IMG/VR virus record: IMGVR_UViG_3300029998_000597
Length of the DNA: 64,000 nt
Direction: 5' to 3' (one strand)
From: a virus
Lineage: Duplodnaviria; Caudoviricetes
In this document: in pieces, positions 17,821 through 26,635 of the stretch
How positions within the stretch are numbered: the first letter of the stretch is position 1
Layout: each line of letters starts with the position of its first letter
Program-made: the position numbers and the translations under genes
The notes under the pieces: generated by a model
What the model saw: the letters and a program-made list of their open reading frames with translations, nothing else
Databases searched by the model: none
What the model was told of the DNA's origin: nothing

Positions 17821-19116
17821 CGAAAAACGAATATAAATACGAAAGCCCTTTAAATAAAGGATATGTACAATTTAAATTAAGTGATCACATATAAATATAA
17901 ACTATATAATAATGTCAAATGGAATATAAAACTCCATGATCTGTGCAGAAGCTCCGCTTTTGTTTGGAATCATTGTCTTGCTCTTCAAAAACGATATTAT
18001 AGTTTATATGGATCTTATATTAACTCATCTAAAATGCAATCCCATTTTGCAAAGAAGATTGTCCCTAAAAACGATTTTCTTAAATTAATGGGGTCGCAGA
18101 CCATACAGGAAATCATACAAAGATTAGATACTTCTTATGTTCGTTTTTTTAAAAAGAAACAGAAAAGACCACCTAAATTTAAATCTGGTTTCAGTTTCTC
18201 TTCCTTTGTTTTTAAACAAGGTGGATACCTGTTGACAGAAAATAAACTTTACATTAATAAACTTAAACATAGTTTTAAGTTCTTTAAATCGAGAGATTAT
18301 GGAACTCCTAAACTAATTAGACTTAAACGTGATAAACTAGGTGACTTTTATTTAACCATCACATCAGAAGAAGATGTTAGAAATAAAAATTTTTACTCAA
18401 AGACACACGATGGTGCATCAGTAGGAATTGATTTCGGATTAAAAACATATCTAACGATGTCCGATGGAGAAAGTAGTATTTCCCCTTTATTCTTTAAAAA
18501 GGATATAAAGAAAATTAAAAAACTACATAATAAACTCTCTTCTAAGGGTAGAGTTAAGACTGGAAAGCAGAAATATAGTACTAAGTGGAAAAAGATGGTC
18601 GATATTACCGTTTTATCTTCAAATGGGAATAAGGCAAGGAAAACCCTTGTCAGAGCCTATAAAAAGATAACAAATCGTCGTTCTGATTATCAGTATAAGC
18701 TTGCTCATGAACTTTGTCGAAAATACGATCTCATTTTTTTAGAAACTCTGAATTTAGATGGAATGAAAAGACTGTGGGGAAGAAAAGTTAGTGACCTTTG
18801 TCACGCTTCATTTATTTATATATTAAAAGAAGTGTCTTTAAAATATAAAAATAATATTTATCAGATAGATCAATGGTACGCTTCTTCAAAAACTTGTAGT
18901 GAATGTGGAAACAAGCATAAAGGACTTAGATTAGAAGATAGAACTTTCATCTGTCCATCCTGCGGAGTGGAGATAGATAGGGATTTAAATGCAGCAATAA
19001 ATATACATCGACAGGGCTTTGTCGAATACCTTAGTAGTTGTAAGACCCCCAGCTTGCTGGTGGCAAACTGCGCCTGACGGTAGAATTCCACTGATTTATC
19101 TGTGGGAGTAAGTCAA
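17821..19116 (+). mobile_element. IS200/IS605-family tnpB-only element
   Basis: tnpB plus right-end hairpin CCAC-TGATTTATC-TGTGG ending GTCAA at 19116; left end approximate. Confidence 0.75.
17881..19077 (+). CDS. tnpB: TnpB RNA-guided endonuclease
   Basis: RuvC triad GIDFG / FLETL / DRDLNAA and CxxC..CxxC zinc finger all intact. Confidence 0.95.
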   Translation: MITYKYKLYNNVKWNIKLHDLCRSSAFVWNHCLALQKRYYSLYGSYINSSKMQSHFAKKIVPKNDFLKLMGSQTIQEIIQRLDTSYVRFFKKKQKRPPKFKSGFSFSSFVFKQGGYLLTENKLYINKLKHSFKFFKSRDYGTPKLIRLKRDKLGDFYLTITSEEDVRNKNFYSKTHDGASVGIDFGLKTYLTMSDGESSISPLFFKKDIKKIKKLHNKLSSKGRVKTGKQKYSTKWKKMVDITVLSSNGNKARKTLVRAYKKITNRRSDYQYKLAHELCRKYDLIFLETLNLDGMKRLWGRKVSDLCHASFIYILKEVSLKYKNNIYQIDQWYASSKTCSECGNKHKGLRLEDRTFICPSCGVEIDRDLNAAINIHRQGFVEYLSSCKTPSLLVANCA

Positions 19117-19136
19117 TTAGGTTATATCATCAAAAA
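18960..19136 (+). ncRNA. TnpB omega RNA (3' of tnpB + right end + flanking guide)
   Basis: Inferred from established IS200/IS605 architecture; 5' boundary approximate; guide would start at 19117. Confidence 0.55.
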
Positions 19137-19350
19137 GATAGGGGTTCATTTATTTCAGATAGTATTAGCTGTAAATCAGAAAAATATACTCAAATAATGG
19201 AAATAATAACAAAAAATAGATGAATAAAACTAAACAAATAATACCAAATCCTGATATTGAATATATCTTTTATAGAAATGGTGCATCAAATGATATTGAA
19301 ATAAAGAAAATTTTAGATAATGAATTTAACCAAATAATAAATTAAAAAAC

Positions 19351-20526
19351 ATGGCTCAACCAATCCCAAAGAAAATTTCTGAAACTCACGAAATACCAGA
19401 AAAAAGCACATACACATTATTTATTGATGGAGATTCGCTTTTACAATTAAGTTGGAATGCCGATACAAAGATAAATACAAAAGGGCAACCATATGGCGGG
19501 GTATTTCAATTTTTACTTCAATTAAAAATTTTATTATCAAAACGCGATTTTGATTTTGCATATGTTGCTTGGGATGAGGGTGTTAGTGGTCAATTAAGAC
19601 ATGATATATATCCAGAATACAAAGAAAATAGGCATAAAAATTTTTCAAATGATAATGTTCATTCAGATTATTATGACCAAATGGATGCATTCGTGAAAAG
19701 AACATTAGAATACAGTAGAAAGAATAAAGAAAAAATTGAATCTAAATTAACAGAGAAAGAAGATTTTCATAGACAGAAAGCAATTTTACAAGCCTATTTA
19801 GAGGAGCTTTTTGTGAGGCAAGTATCAAGTAATAACATAGAAGGAGATGATCATTTAGCGTTTTACTGTTTAAATAAAAAATCGAATGATTTAACTTATC
19901 TTGTAAGCGGAGATATGGACGTATCACAATTAATAAATGAACAAATATGTATATATATTCCGCGATTGAAAAAATTTATATCAACCAAAAATTTCAGTGA
20001 AACATTCGGTTACAATTATAAAAATGTAGCTTTACGGAAAATATTGTGCGGAGATACCAGTGATAACATCAAGGGCGTGAAAGGGTTATCTGAAGATGGG
20101 TTAATGGAAATTATGCCAGAGATAGCCACAAGAGAAGTATATTTATGGGAGGTAATTGCAAGAGCCAAAGAAATCAATCAAAAAAGGGTATCCGAAAAGA
20201 AAAAACCATTTGTAAAATGTTTAAATATTATAAATCAAGAGACAGTTGGAATGCAAGGAAAAAAACTTTTCGAAATCAACGAAAAAATTATAAATTTAAA
20301 AAAACCATTATTGACACCAGATGCTATTGAACAACTAAACAATTTAATGTATTCACCGATAGACCCCGACGGTAGATCATTATCAAATCTATATAAACTT
20401 ATGTTACGCGATGGAATTGACGAACTACTTAACGAAAATAAGTTTGCTTCGTTTTTTTCTACGTTCAACAACTTAAAGAACAATGAGGTAAAAATGTACG
20501 AAAAGTGGGTTAAAGAAAATAATTAA
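19351..20526 (+). CDS. rnh: 5'-3' exonuclease / T4 RNase H-like flap nuclease
   Basis: IDGDS, AWD, YPEYKENR, EGDD, SGDMD, GDTSDNIKGVKG. Confidence 0.9.
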   Translation: MAQPIPKKISETHEIPEKSTYTLFIDGDSLLQLSWNADTKINTKGQPYGGVFQFLLQLKILLSKRDFDFAYVAWDEGVSGQLRHDIYPEYKENRHKNFSNDNVHSDYYDQMDAFVKRTLEYSRKNKEKIESKLTEKEDFHRQKAILQAYLEELFVRQVSSNNIEGDDHLAFYCLNKKSNDLTYLVSGDMDVSQLINEQICIYIPRLKKFISTKNFSETFGYNYKNVALRKILCGDTSDNIKGVKGLSEDGLMEIMPEIATREVYLWEVIARAKEINQKRVSEKKKPFVKCLNIINQETVGMQGKKLFEINEKIINLKKPLLTPDAIEQLNNLMYSPIDPDGRSLSNLYKLMLRDGIDELLNENKFASFFSTFNNLKNNEVKMYEKWVKENN

Positions 20527-20537
20527 CTAAATCAGAT

Positions 20538-21320
20538 ATGATAGAAGAAGAAAAAGAATTATTATATTTCAAGGCTTTCATTCGAGTCGTTAAATCAATT
20601 ATTTCAAAAGATGAATATTTTAGTAGTGGATTTGATACGGTTGAAGTTATTAGGGAGCCAATTATAATGGCAAAAGATAAAGCAGAGGTTAAACAAATAT
20701 TATTAGAAAAATACCCACAATTTTTCCCAACTGGGAAGGTTTACGAAAAAGAAACAAAAGATCAGGCTCAATTCTTTTATGTAATCATATTTCCTCTTTA
20801 TGAATATGAAAAAAAGTTAATTACTGAGGGTTCTTGGGTATGTAATAGCTGTGGTCAAATTCATGAAAATAAATATGTTTCAAAACCAAGGATTAGTGAA
20901 AGATTATTCGGTTCAGAAATATTGTTTTGTAGGAGTGATGATGATATTTGTTTAAATAATTATAAGAAAGATAAATATAAAAACATTGAGTTTCCAGACG
21001 ATGAAAACTACATTAAAACTGATTCACCAAATTACATTTACAAGTGTACCGAAAAATCAACCAATAAATGTTATGTAGGTAAAACACGAAACGCACCATT
21101 TTTTAGGTGGTGGAATCATCTAACGCATTCAAGCAGCCCATTTGGAATATACCTCAGATCAACAAAATTAAGTGATTGGACATTTGAAGTTTTAGAGGAA
21201 TTACCATCAAACATAGGTGATAGTGAAATTTTTAAAGTAGAATCAGAATATATACTTAAATATGATAGTATCAGTAATGGTTTTAACTCTGTAATTAGTA
21301 ATAAAAAAGTTTTATTATAG
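20538..21320 (+). CDS. protein with CxxC and C-terminal GIY-YIG domain
   Basis: YIYKCT...YVGKT..RWW.H; FEVLEE; NGFN. Confidence 0.7.
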   Translation: MIEEEKELLYFKAFIRVVKSIISKDEYFSSGFDTVEVIREPIIMAKDKAEVKQILLEKYPQFFPTGKVYEKETKDQAQFFYVIIFPLYEYEKKLITEGSWVCNSCGQIHENKYVSKPRISERLFGSEILFCRSDDDICLNNYKKDKYKNIEFPDDENYIKTDSPNYIYKCTEKSTNKCYVGKTRNAPFFRWWNHLTHSSSPFGIYLRSTKLSDWTFEVLEELPSNIGDSEIFKVESEYILKYDSISNGFNSVISNKKVLL

Positions 21321-21336
21321 TTTAAGATAAAAATAC

Positions 21337-21367
21337 TTGTTTTATTAAAATATTATTAGTATATTTG
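21337..21367 (+). promoter_or_regulatory. TTG-N20-TAnnTTTG promoter
   Basis: TTG 21337, TATATTTG 21360-21367. Confidence 0.85.
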
Positions 21368-21392
21368 TTTAAAATAAATTAGGAAAATAAAA

Positions 21393-21581
21393 ATGAAAGA
21401 CCAAACAATAAAATATTTAACTATAAAAGAAGTTGCCAATTTATATGGTGAAAGGATCAACTATAAGTGGTTATCTCCAGATGGATGCGACTGGATAGAC
21501 TCTAAAGGGAAAGTAACTGGAAGTATAATTTGTGAAATTGAAGATGAGACCATTAAAGATTGTTATAAAATAAGCAAATAA
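21393..21581 (+). CDS. hypothetical protein
   Basis: ORF after the promoter. Confidence 0.65.
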   Translation: MKDQTIKYLTIKEVANLYGERINYKWLSPDGCDWIDSKGKVTGSIICEIEDETIKDCYKISK

Positions 21582-21959
21582 ATGAAAATAATAGAAGGAA
21601 TATCTTATTACCCTATCACATTACACTATTTAATTGAAATAGATAAAACAATCCCAGTAGATAAATACAAGCCAGCATCGTATGATCAGTGGATAATGCT
21701 TAAAGAATTGGAACCAACTAAATTTGGATATGATTACCAACTTTATATTAATCTTAAAGAAAAAGAATTTAATGAAGAAGTAGAATCATTAAAAAACTGT
21801 GCCTTTAAATTAGAAACTATCACGATAGCAATAGACATTAGAGTAGTTGAAACAATTGAAAAACTTAAAAATAAAATAAAAGAAATTGAAACCAACGTTC
21901 TTTTTAATAGATGGTTGAATCCAATCGAAGTTAAGGATTTATTAACTCTACAATTATAA
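21582..21959 (+). CDS. hypothetical protein
   Basis: Abuts the upstream stop. Confidence 0.7.
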   Translation: MKIIEGISYYPITLHYLIEIDKTIPVDKYKPASYDQWIMLKELEPTKFGYDYQLYINLKEKEFNEEVESLKNCAFKLETITIAIDIRVVETIEKLKNKIKEIETNVLFNRWLNPIEVKDLLTLQL

Positions 21960-21962
21960 AAT

Positions 21963-22478
21963 ATGAAATACGACGTAATTTACGCAGATCCAGCCTGGCA
22001 GTATAGTTTTTCAAAATCAACAAGTAGATCGATTGAGAAAAATTACCCAACAATGACAGTCGATGAAATATGTGCTTTAAATGTGCCTTCAGCTGATAAT
22101 TCAGTTCTCTATTTGTGGGCAACAGCTCCAAAATTGCTTGAGGCCTTAAAAGTCATAGAAGCCTGGGGATTTACATACAAAACGCAGGCCGTTTGGGATA
22201 AAGAAATAAAAGGTATGGGCTATTGGTTTCGTGGTCAACATGAGATACTAATTGTTGCCACAAAGGGTCATTTTTCACCCCCTGAACCAAGTGTCAGAGA
22301 TAGCAGTGTAATACGCGAGAAACGAACGAAACACAGTAAAAAACCATTAATTGTACGCGAAATGATTGAAAAATGGTTTCCAAACGCTAATAGATTGGAG
22401 ATGTTTGCTCGGACCACAGCTGAAAATTGGAGTTCGTGGGGCAATGAAATTGAAGGAGGGGTTGAAATTGGAGATTAA
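21963..22478 (+). CDS. MT-A70 family adenine methyltransferase
   Basis: IYADPAW, LYLWAT, WGF.YKT, HSKKP, LEMFAR, WGNE. Confidence 0.9.
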   Translation: MKYDVIYADPAWQYSFSKSTSRSIEKNYPTMTVDEICALNVPSADNSVLYLWATAPKLLEALKVIEAWGFTYKTQAVWDKEIKGMGYWFRGQHEILIVATKGHFSPPEPSVRDSSVIREKRTKHSKKPLIVREMIEKWFPNANRLEMFARTTAENWSSWGNEIEGGVEIGD

Positions 22479-23247
22479 CAAAAACTATAATGAAGATTGT
22501 TTAGAAACAATGTCACACATGTCAAACGAATTTATTGATTTAACAATAACATCGCCACCATATGATAAATTAAGGACATATAATGGATATTGTTTTGATT
22601 TTGAAAATGTAGCTAAAGAATTATATAGAGTTACAAAAGTTGGTGGAGTTGTAGTTTGGATAGTTGGTGATGCAACAATTAAAGGTAGTGAATCTGGAAC
22701 ATCGTTTAAACAGGCATTATACTTTATGCAATGTGGTTTTAATTTGCATGATACAATGATATATGAGAAACCTCCGCGTGGGGCTTGTGGAAATAACAAA
22801 TCGTATTGGCAGGCTTTTGAGTATATGTTTGTATTTTCCAAGGGTAAAATCGGAACCATAAATCTACTTCTCGACAGAGAAAACAAAGAGTCCAGAAATG
22901 GAGACAATGGGACTAAGAGATTAATAGATGGAACTCTTAAACAGGTTTCTCGTGGTGGATATGGTGAGTTTGGCAGAAGAACTAATATATGGAAGTATAA
23001 AGTGGGAAAAGGTAAAAGCAGCTTAGATGAAGTTGCATTTCAACACCCTGCTATTTTCCCAGAACAATTAGCTAACGATCATATAGTCAGTTGGTCTAAC
23101 GAAGGGGATTTAGTCTACGATCCTTTTATGGGAAGTGGAACGACTGCTAAAATGGCAATTAAAAATAATAGAGATTGGATTGGAAGCGAAATATCAAGCG
23201 AATATTGTGATATAATTAATAAACGTATAGAAAAATATGAACAATGA
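22444..23247 (+). CDS. N4-C/N6-A DNA methyltransferase (beta class)
   Basis: TSPPY, HPAIFP, DPFMGSGTT, GSEIS; start uncertain (track gives 22366). Confidence 0.9.
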   Translation: MKLKEGLKLEINKNYNEDCLETMSHMSNEFIDLTITSPPYDKLRTYNGYCFDFENVAKELYRVTKVGGVVVWIVGDATIKGSESGTSFKQALYFMQCGFNLHDTMIYEKPPRGACGNNKSYWQAFEYMFVFSKGKIGTINLLLDRENKESRNGDNGTKRLIDGTLKQVSRGGYGEFGRRTNIWKYKVGKGKSSLDEVAFQHPAIFPEQLANDHIVSWSNEGDLVYDPFMGSGTTAKMAIKNNRDWIGSEISSEYCDIINKRIEKYEQ

Positions 23248-23425
23248 AAACTATTTAGGAAGCCAACAGGCTATTGAAGATGAAATAAACGAACGTTACG
23301 ATGAAATGGAAAGTTATTGTAAACAACAGGAAAATGAATACTTCAAAGAATGTTATCTTGATATGCAAAACGAATACTATAAAGAACAAGAGGAAGAATA
23401 CTATAAATACTTAAAAAATGTATAA
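23237..23425 (+). CDS. acidic hypothetical protein
   Basis: 62 aa ORF. Confidence 0.6.
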   Translation: MNNENYLGSQQAIEDEINERYDEMESYCKQQENEYFKECYLDMQNEYYKEQEEEYYKYLKNV

Positions 23426-23630
23426 CATAGAAGACGAAAATTTATTAGCTTGGTATTATTAAGGGTTTAGAGATAAATCATATGGAAAAACAACAGTAGA
23501 GTCAAATATTGAACTTGAAAATGTAGCTTATAGGTTTGGTGTATCATTATTACTTGGGTCTGAATATATGGGTATTGATGATTTTCCGAATAGTGATGAA
23601 ATTTTAAAATTAATAAAAAATGGAAAATAA
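23418..23630 (+). pseudogene. small ORF with in-frame TAA at 23460-23462
   Basis: MYNIEDENLLAWYY*GFRDKSYGK...EILKLIKNGK; overlaps neighbours at both ends. Confidence 0.5.
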
Positions 23631-23868
23631 AATAATGGAGTCACTTATCGAAAAGCTAGGTAATTCAAAAGTAACATTCGGATTAAGAGATTCACAAATA
23701 ACATATATTGAAGATGAGTTAAAACGGTTTGGAAGCCGTGAAATTAATGCTAAATATGTTAAATATATTTGGGAAAAGTTAGGTACTGAGTTATACTGGG
23801 AGCCACTTACACTTGCATTAACATATTTTGAATATTTAGATAAAAAAGAACTTATTAAAAAATTTTAA
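23620..23868 (+). CDS. hypothetical protein
   Basis: ORF in the + run. Confidence 0.7.
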   Translation: MENKIMESLIEKLGNSKVTFGLRDSQITYIEDELKRFGSREINAKYVKYIWEKLGTELYWEPLTLALTYFEYLDKKELIKKF

Positions 23869-23885
23869 TAAATAAAATACTAATT

Positions 23886-24350
23886 ATGAAACAAGAAATC
23901 ACATATCAATTTAACGGCATAACAATCAATGACCAACATTTTATAAGCTTAAGTGAAATCATCGAAAAATGTAACTTAGAAAAAATTAAGTTAGATAATT
24001 TACGACTTTTAAAAATGGAGTGGAGAGGTTGGAGAGGTTTTAGTGAGGGTATTATTGAAAGAATAGTTTTACCAGCATCAAACATAGAGACAATTTTAAA
24101 ATACATTATAGGGAAAACCATCTATTTTGGTGAAATCGCGGGTAAACATTCGGATGTATATAACACACTTGATGAAAACGATATTGAAATAATTGATGAT
24201 CCAAAAATAATAGTTGATTTTATGAGTAAATATCCAGATGGACACGAATACAACCATTCTTTTCTACATCATTTTAGCGATAAAGCATATGATGAGGTAT
24301 ATGAGGATATGGGTGAAGAACAAATTGTGGAATTTAACAATTGTTATTAA
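23886..24350 (+). CDS. hypothetical protein
   Basis: ORF in the + run. Confidence 0.7.
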   Translation: MKQEITYQFNGITINDQHFISLSEIIEKCNLEKIKLDNLRLLKMEWRGWRGFSEGIIERIVLPASNIETILKYIIGKTIYFGEIAGKHSDVYNTLDENDIEIIDDPKIIVDFMSKYPDGHEYNHSFLHHFSDKAYDEVYEDMGEEQIVEFNNCY

Positions 24351-24358
24351 TTTAAAAT

Positions 24359-24583
24359 ATGGGAAATAAATATGATTATGATAAAACAATTGATTTAGGC
24401 TGGGAAACATTTTTGGAAGATATGAAAGTTTTCCCATATTTGGAGGATACGACTGATGAACATAAATTAAACGTTGAGAATCTTGTCAAATCTTTTGAAG
24501 AATTTGATGTGTGGTATAATAAAGTAATAAAATTAAAATTAGAAAGTGGTCATTCGGATACTTCATTAATAGGTTTAAAATAA
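24359..24583 (+). CDS. hypothetical protein
   Basis: ORF in the + run. Confidence 0.7.
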   Translation: MGNKYDYDKTIDLGWETFLEDMKVFPYLEDTTDEHKLNVENLVKSFEEFDVWYNKVIKLKLESGHSDTSLIGLK

Positions 24584-24586
24584 ATT

Positions 24587-24967
24587 ATGAAAACAGTACC
24601 ATTTACAAAAGAAGAGGAAAAATTAATTAGGAAGTGGAGAAGAAAGATTAATTATGGGTTTAACGGAATACCAATATCAGAAAGTCTATTTTTGGCTATC
24701 CATTGTGAAAATATGTATAATAAAATTATTGGTGAAAATCGGAATGATTTTAGTTTATTTTACGAAGTAATATTATCTCTTAAGTTATTATATATGCATT
24801 ATTATTCTAAAGAGCCTAATTTAGAAAAATATTTAGAATTTTTTATACCAAGATATGATTTAGTAAAAGATAAAATAGATCGACCACATTATATTGATAC
24901 AGCTGCTTGCCTGGAATGGGGTTCAGCAGAATTATATTATAATACAGTAATTAAAAAAAATAATTAA
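24587..24967 (+). CDS. hypothetical protein
   Basis: ORF in the + run. Confidence 0.7.
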   Translation: MKTVPFTKEEEKLIRKWRRKINYGFNGIPISESLFLAIHCENMYNKIIGENRNDFSLFYEVILSLKLLYMHYYSKEPNLEKYLEFFIPRYDLVKDKIDRPHYIDTAACLEWGSAELYYNTVIKKNN

Positions 24968-25032
24968 ATAGTTTAATATAACCACCAGAACTATATTAAT
25001 AATATAGTTACAGAAACTAATATAAACTAAAT

Positions 25033-25392
25033 ATGAAAAAATGTAAATTAACAATACCACCAGGACAGGAATGGATAGTACTAATCGATGATGAAGAAGC
25101 ATTAGCTAACCCAGGGGAAATATTTTTAACATTTATTAAACCATGTAATGACAAAACATGTTTTAATGAGATAAGTGGATGGATTAATAGTTACTGGCCA
25201 GGATATATATTCAGCAAACGAAAGGAAGGAGTTCCATACAAACGAGACGTTGCTAAAAATGTTCAATTAGAAGATTATGAGACTGAAAATAAGAATAAAA
25301 TAGTTTTTAATAATGCATATTTTAATAATGCTCATAAATTTTCTTTAGATAAACCGATGTTAATAGTATATGATTACTATATTTATATGTAA
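25033..25392 (+). CDS. hypothetical protein
   Basis: ORF in the + run. Confidence 0.7.
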   Translation: MKKCKLTIPPGQEWIVLIDDEEALANPGEIFLTFIKPCNDKTCFNEISGWINSYWPGYIFSKRKEGVPYKRDVAKNVQLEDYETENKNKIVFNNAYFNNAHKFSLDKPMLIVYDYYIYM

Positions 25393-25409
25393 AAAATAAA
25401 AATTTTCGC

Positions 25410-25417
25410 TATTTATA
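25410..25417 (+). promoter_or_regulatory. TATTTATA putative late motif
   Basis: Intergenic, upstream of the structured leader and 25550 gene. Confidence 0.45.
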
Positions 25418-25445
25418 ATAGAATAATAAAATTGAAACCTTGTGA

Positions 25446-25519
25446 TTGAAAAGCTAACGTATAAAATATTAATTTTGGTGCGTTAAGTTGGGGTGATAAT
25501 CCAACAATTAGTTTTTCAA
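25446..25519 (+). ncRNA. candidate structured 5' leader (three-way junction)
   Basis: 12-bp closing stem TTGAAAAGCTAA/TTAGTTTTTCAA enclosing two hairpins. Confidence 0.4.
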
Positions 25520-25549
25520 ATAAAATAATAAATAAAAATAATAAGGAAA

Positions 25550-26422
25550 ATGATTACAAATTCCAAAACAATGGGTAATGCTTGTCCAGTCGCATATATT
25601 GCAGCAAATAAGCAGCGGATTAAACAATATGTTAATAATGTTGTTTACCTGAAGAATAAAAACAATTTCGAAATTGAGTTGTTTAATCCAACACAATTCA
25701 AAGTTCTCGCCACGATTGAACTAAATGGGGTTTCAATAGGCTCTGGAATCATTTTAAGGCCAGCAGAGCGAGTTTTTCTTGAAAGGTATATAAATGAACC
25801 TAAAAAGTTTTTATTTGAAACCTATGGGGTAGAAGGTGAAAACAACGAAGTTATTAAAGCAATAGAAAAGAATGGATTGGTAAGGGTTAAATTCTATAAA
25901 GAATCTATTTTCGCACCAAATATTTCTTGGGGTTCTTTCGAAATTCCAGAAAGAATAATATATGGTGGTCCGCACATAGAAGATAATATTACTTGGCTTG
26001 ATGGCTCAAAATTGACAAATTTTAATCCTTTATTTGGCAGTGCGATAACAACAAGTGCCAGTTGTTATTATAATTCAACAGGATATAATGTGGAAATGGG
26101 ATGTCAAGAACCTAACGGTACGTTAACCGTATCAGGTAATTTAATTTTTAATTCATCAACGGGTGGCCAATCAACCAATTCATTACATTCTAAAAAATCA
26201 ATTGAAACTGGGAGGGTTGGAGAAGGTTCTGATTCTGACCAGAGATTTAACACTGTCGATACCAAATTTGAGATGTTTCATACTTGGAGTAGTGAGTGGA
26301 AACTATTACCAGAATCAAGGAAATTGGTGGTAGCCGAAGATTTGGTTCTTTTTTGTTCTGGGTGTGGTCGACGCTTTAAAACAAAAGAACGCTTTTGTCC
26401 ATCCTGTGGATCTAAAAAATAA
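25550..26422 (+). CDS. conserved large-phage protein with C-terminal zinc ribbon
   Basis: FEIELFNP..LERY; IETGRVGEGS.S.Q; CSGCG..FCPSCG. Confidence 0.75.
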   Translation: MITNSKTMGNACPVAYIAANKQRIKQYVNNVVYLKNKNNFEIELFNPTQFKVLATIELNGVSIGSGIILRPAERVFLERYINEPKKFLFETYGVEGENNEVIKAIEKNGLVRVKFYKESIFAPNISWGSFEIPERIIYGGPHIEDNITWLDGSKLTNFNPLFGSAITTSASCYYNSTGYNVEMGCQEPNGTLTVSGNLIFNSSTGGQSTNSLHSKKSIETGRVGEGSDSDQRFNTVDTKFEMFHTWSSEWKLLPESRKLVVAEDLVLFCSGCGRRFKTKERFCPSCGSKK

Positions 26423-26465
26423 ATAAAATATATATTATCAATTACAAGGTTTAAATAAATTAAAA

Positions 26466-26501
26466 AATGGCTACTGAAATATAAAATTTTCGGTAGCCAT
26501 T
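26466..26501. terminator. bidirectional terminator at the major strand switch
   Basis: AATGGCTACTGAAA/TTTCGGTAGCCATT flanked by A and T runs. Confidence 0.8.
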
Positions 26502-26635
26502 TATTTTTTTATTATTGTTGGTAAAACCCAACGTTAAATATGATTTTTGGTGTTAATGTTGGGTTAAACCAATGTTATTATCAACATATTTGCATTGTTA
26601 TCATATGCTGTGATAATGGTGCAAAAACTATGATA

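Noticed and set aside
17877-17896. 13/20 similarity between the TnpB guide and the tnpB start region (possible autoregulation)
   Set aside because: The sequence is AT-rich, the mismatches fall in the seed, and the guide is better explained as flanking gene sequence.
20146-20156. 11-nt match TGGGAGGTAAT between spacer 2 and the exonuclease gene
   Set aside because: Flanks match poorly (about 18 of 29 overall). One such 11-mer among all spacer sub-words in 64 kb is plausible by chance.
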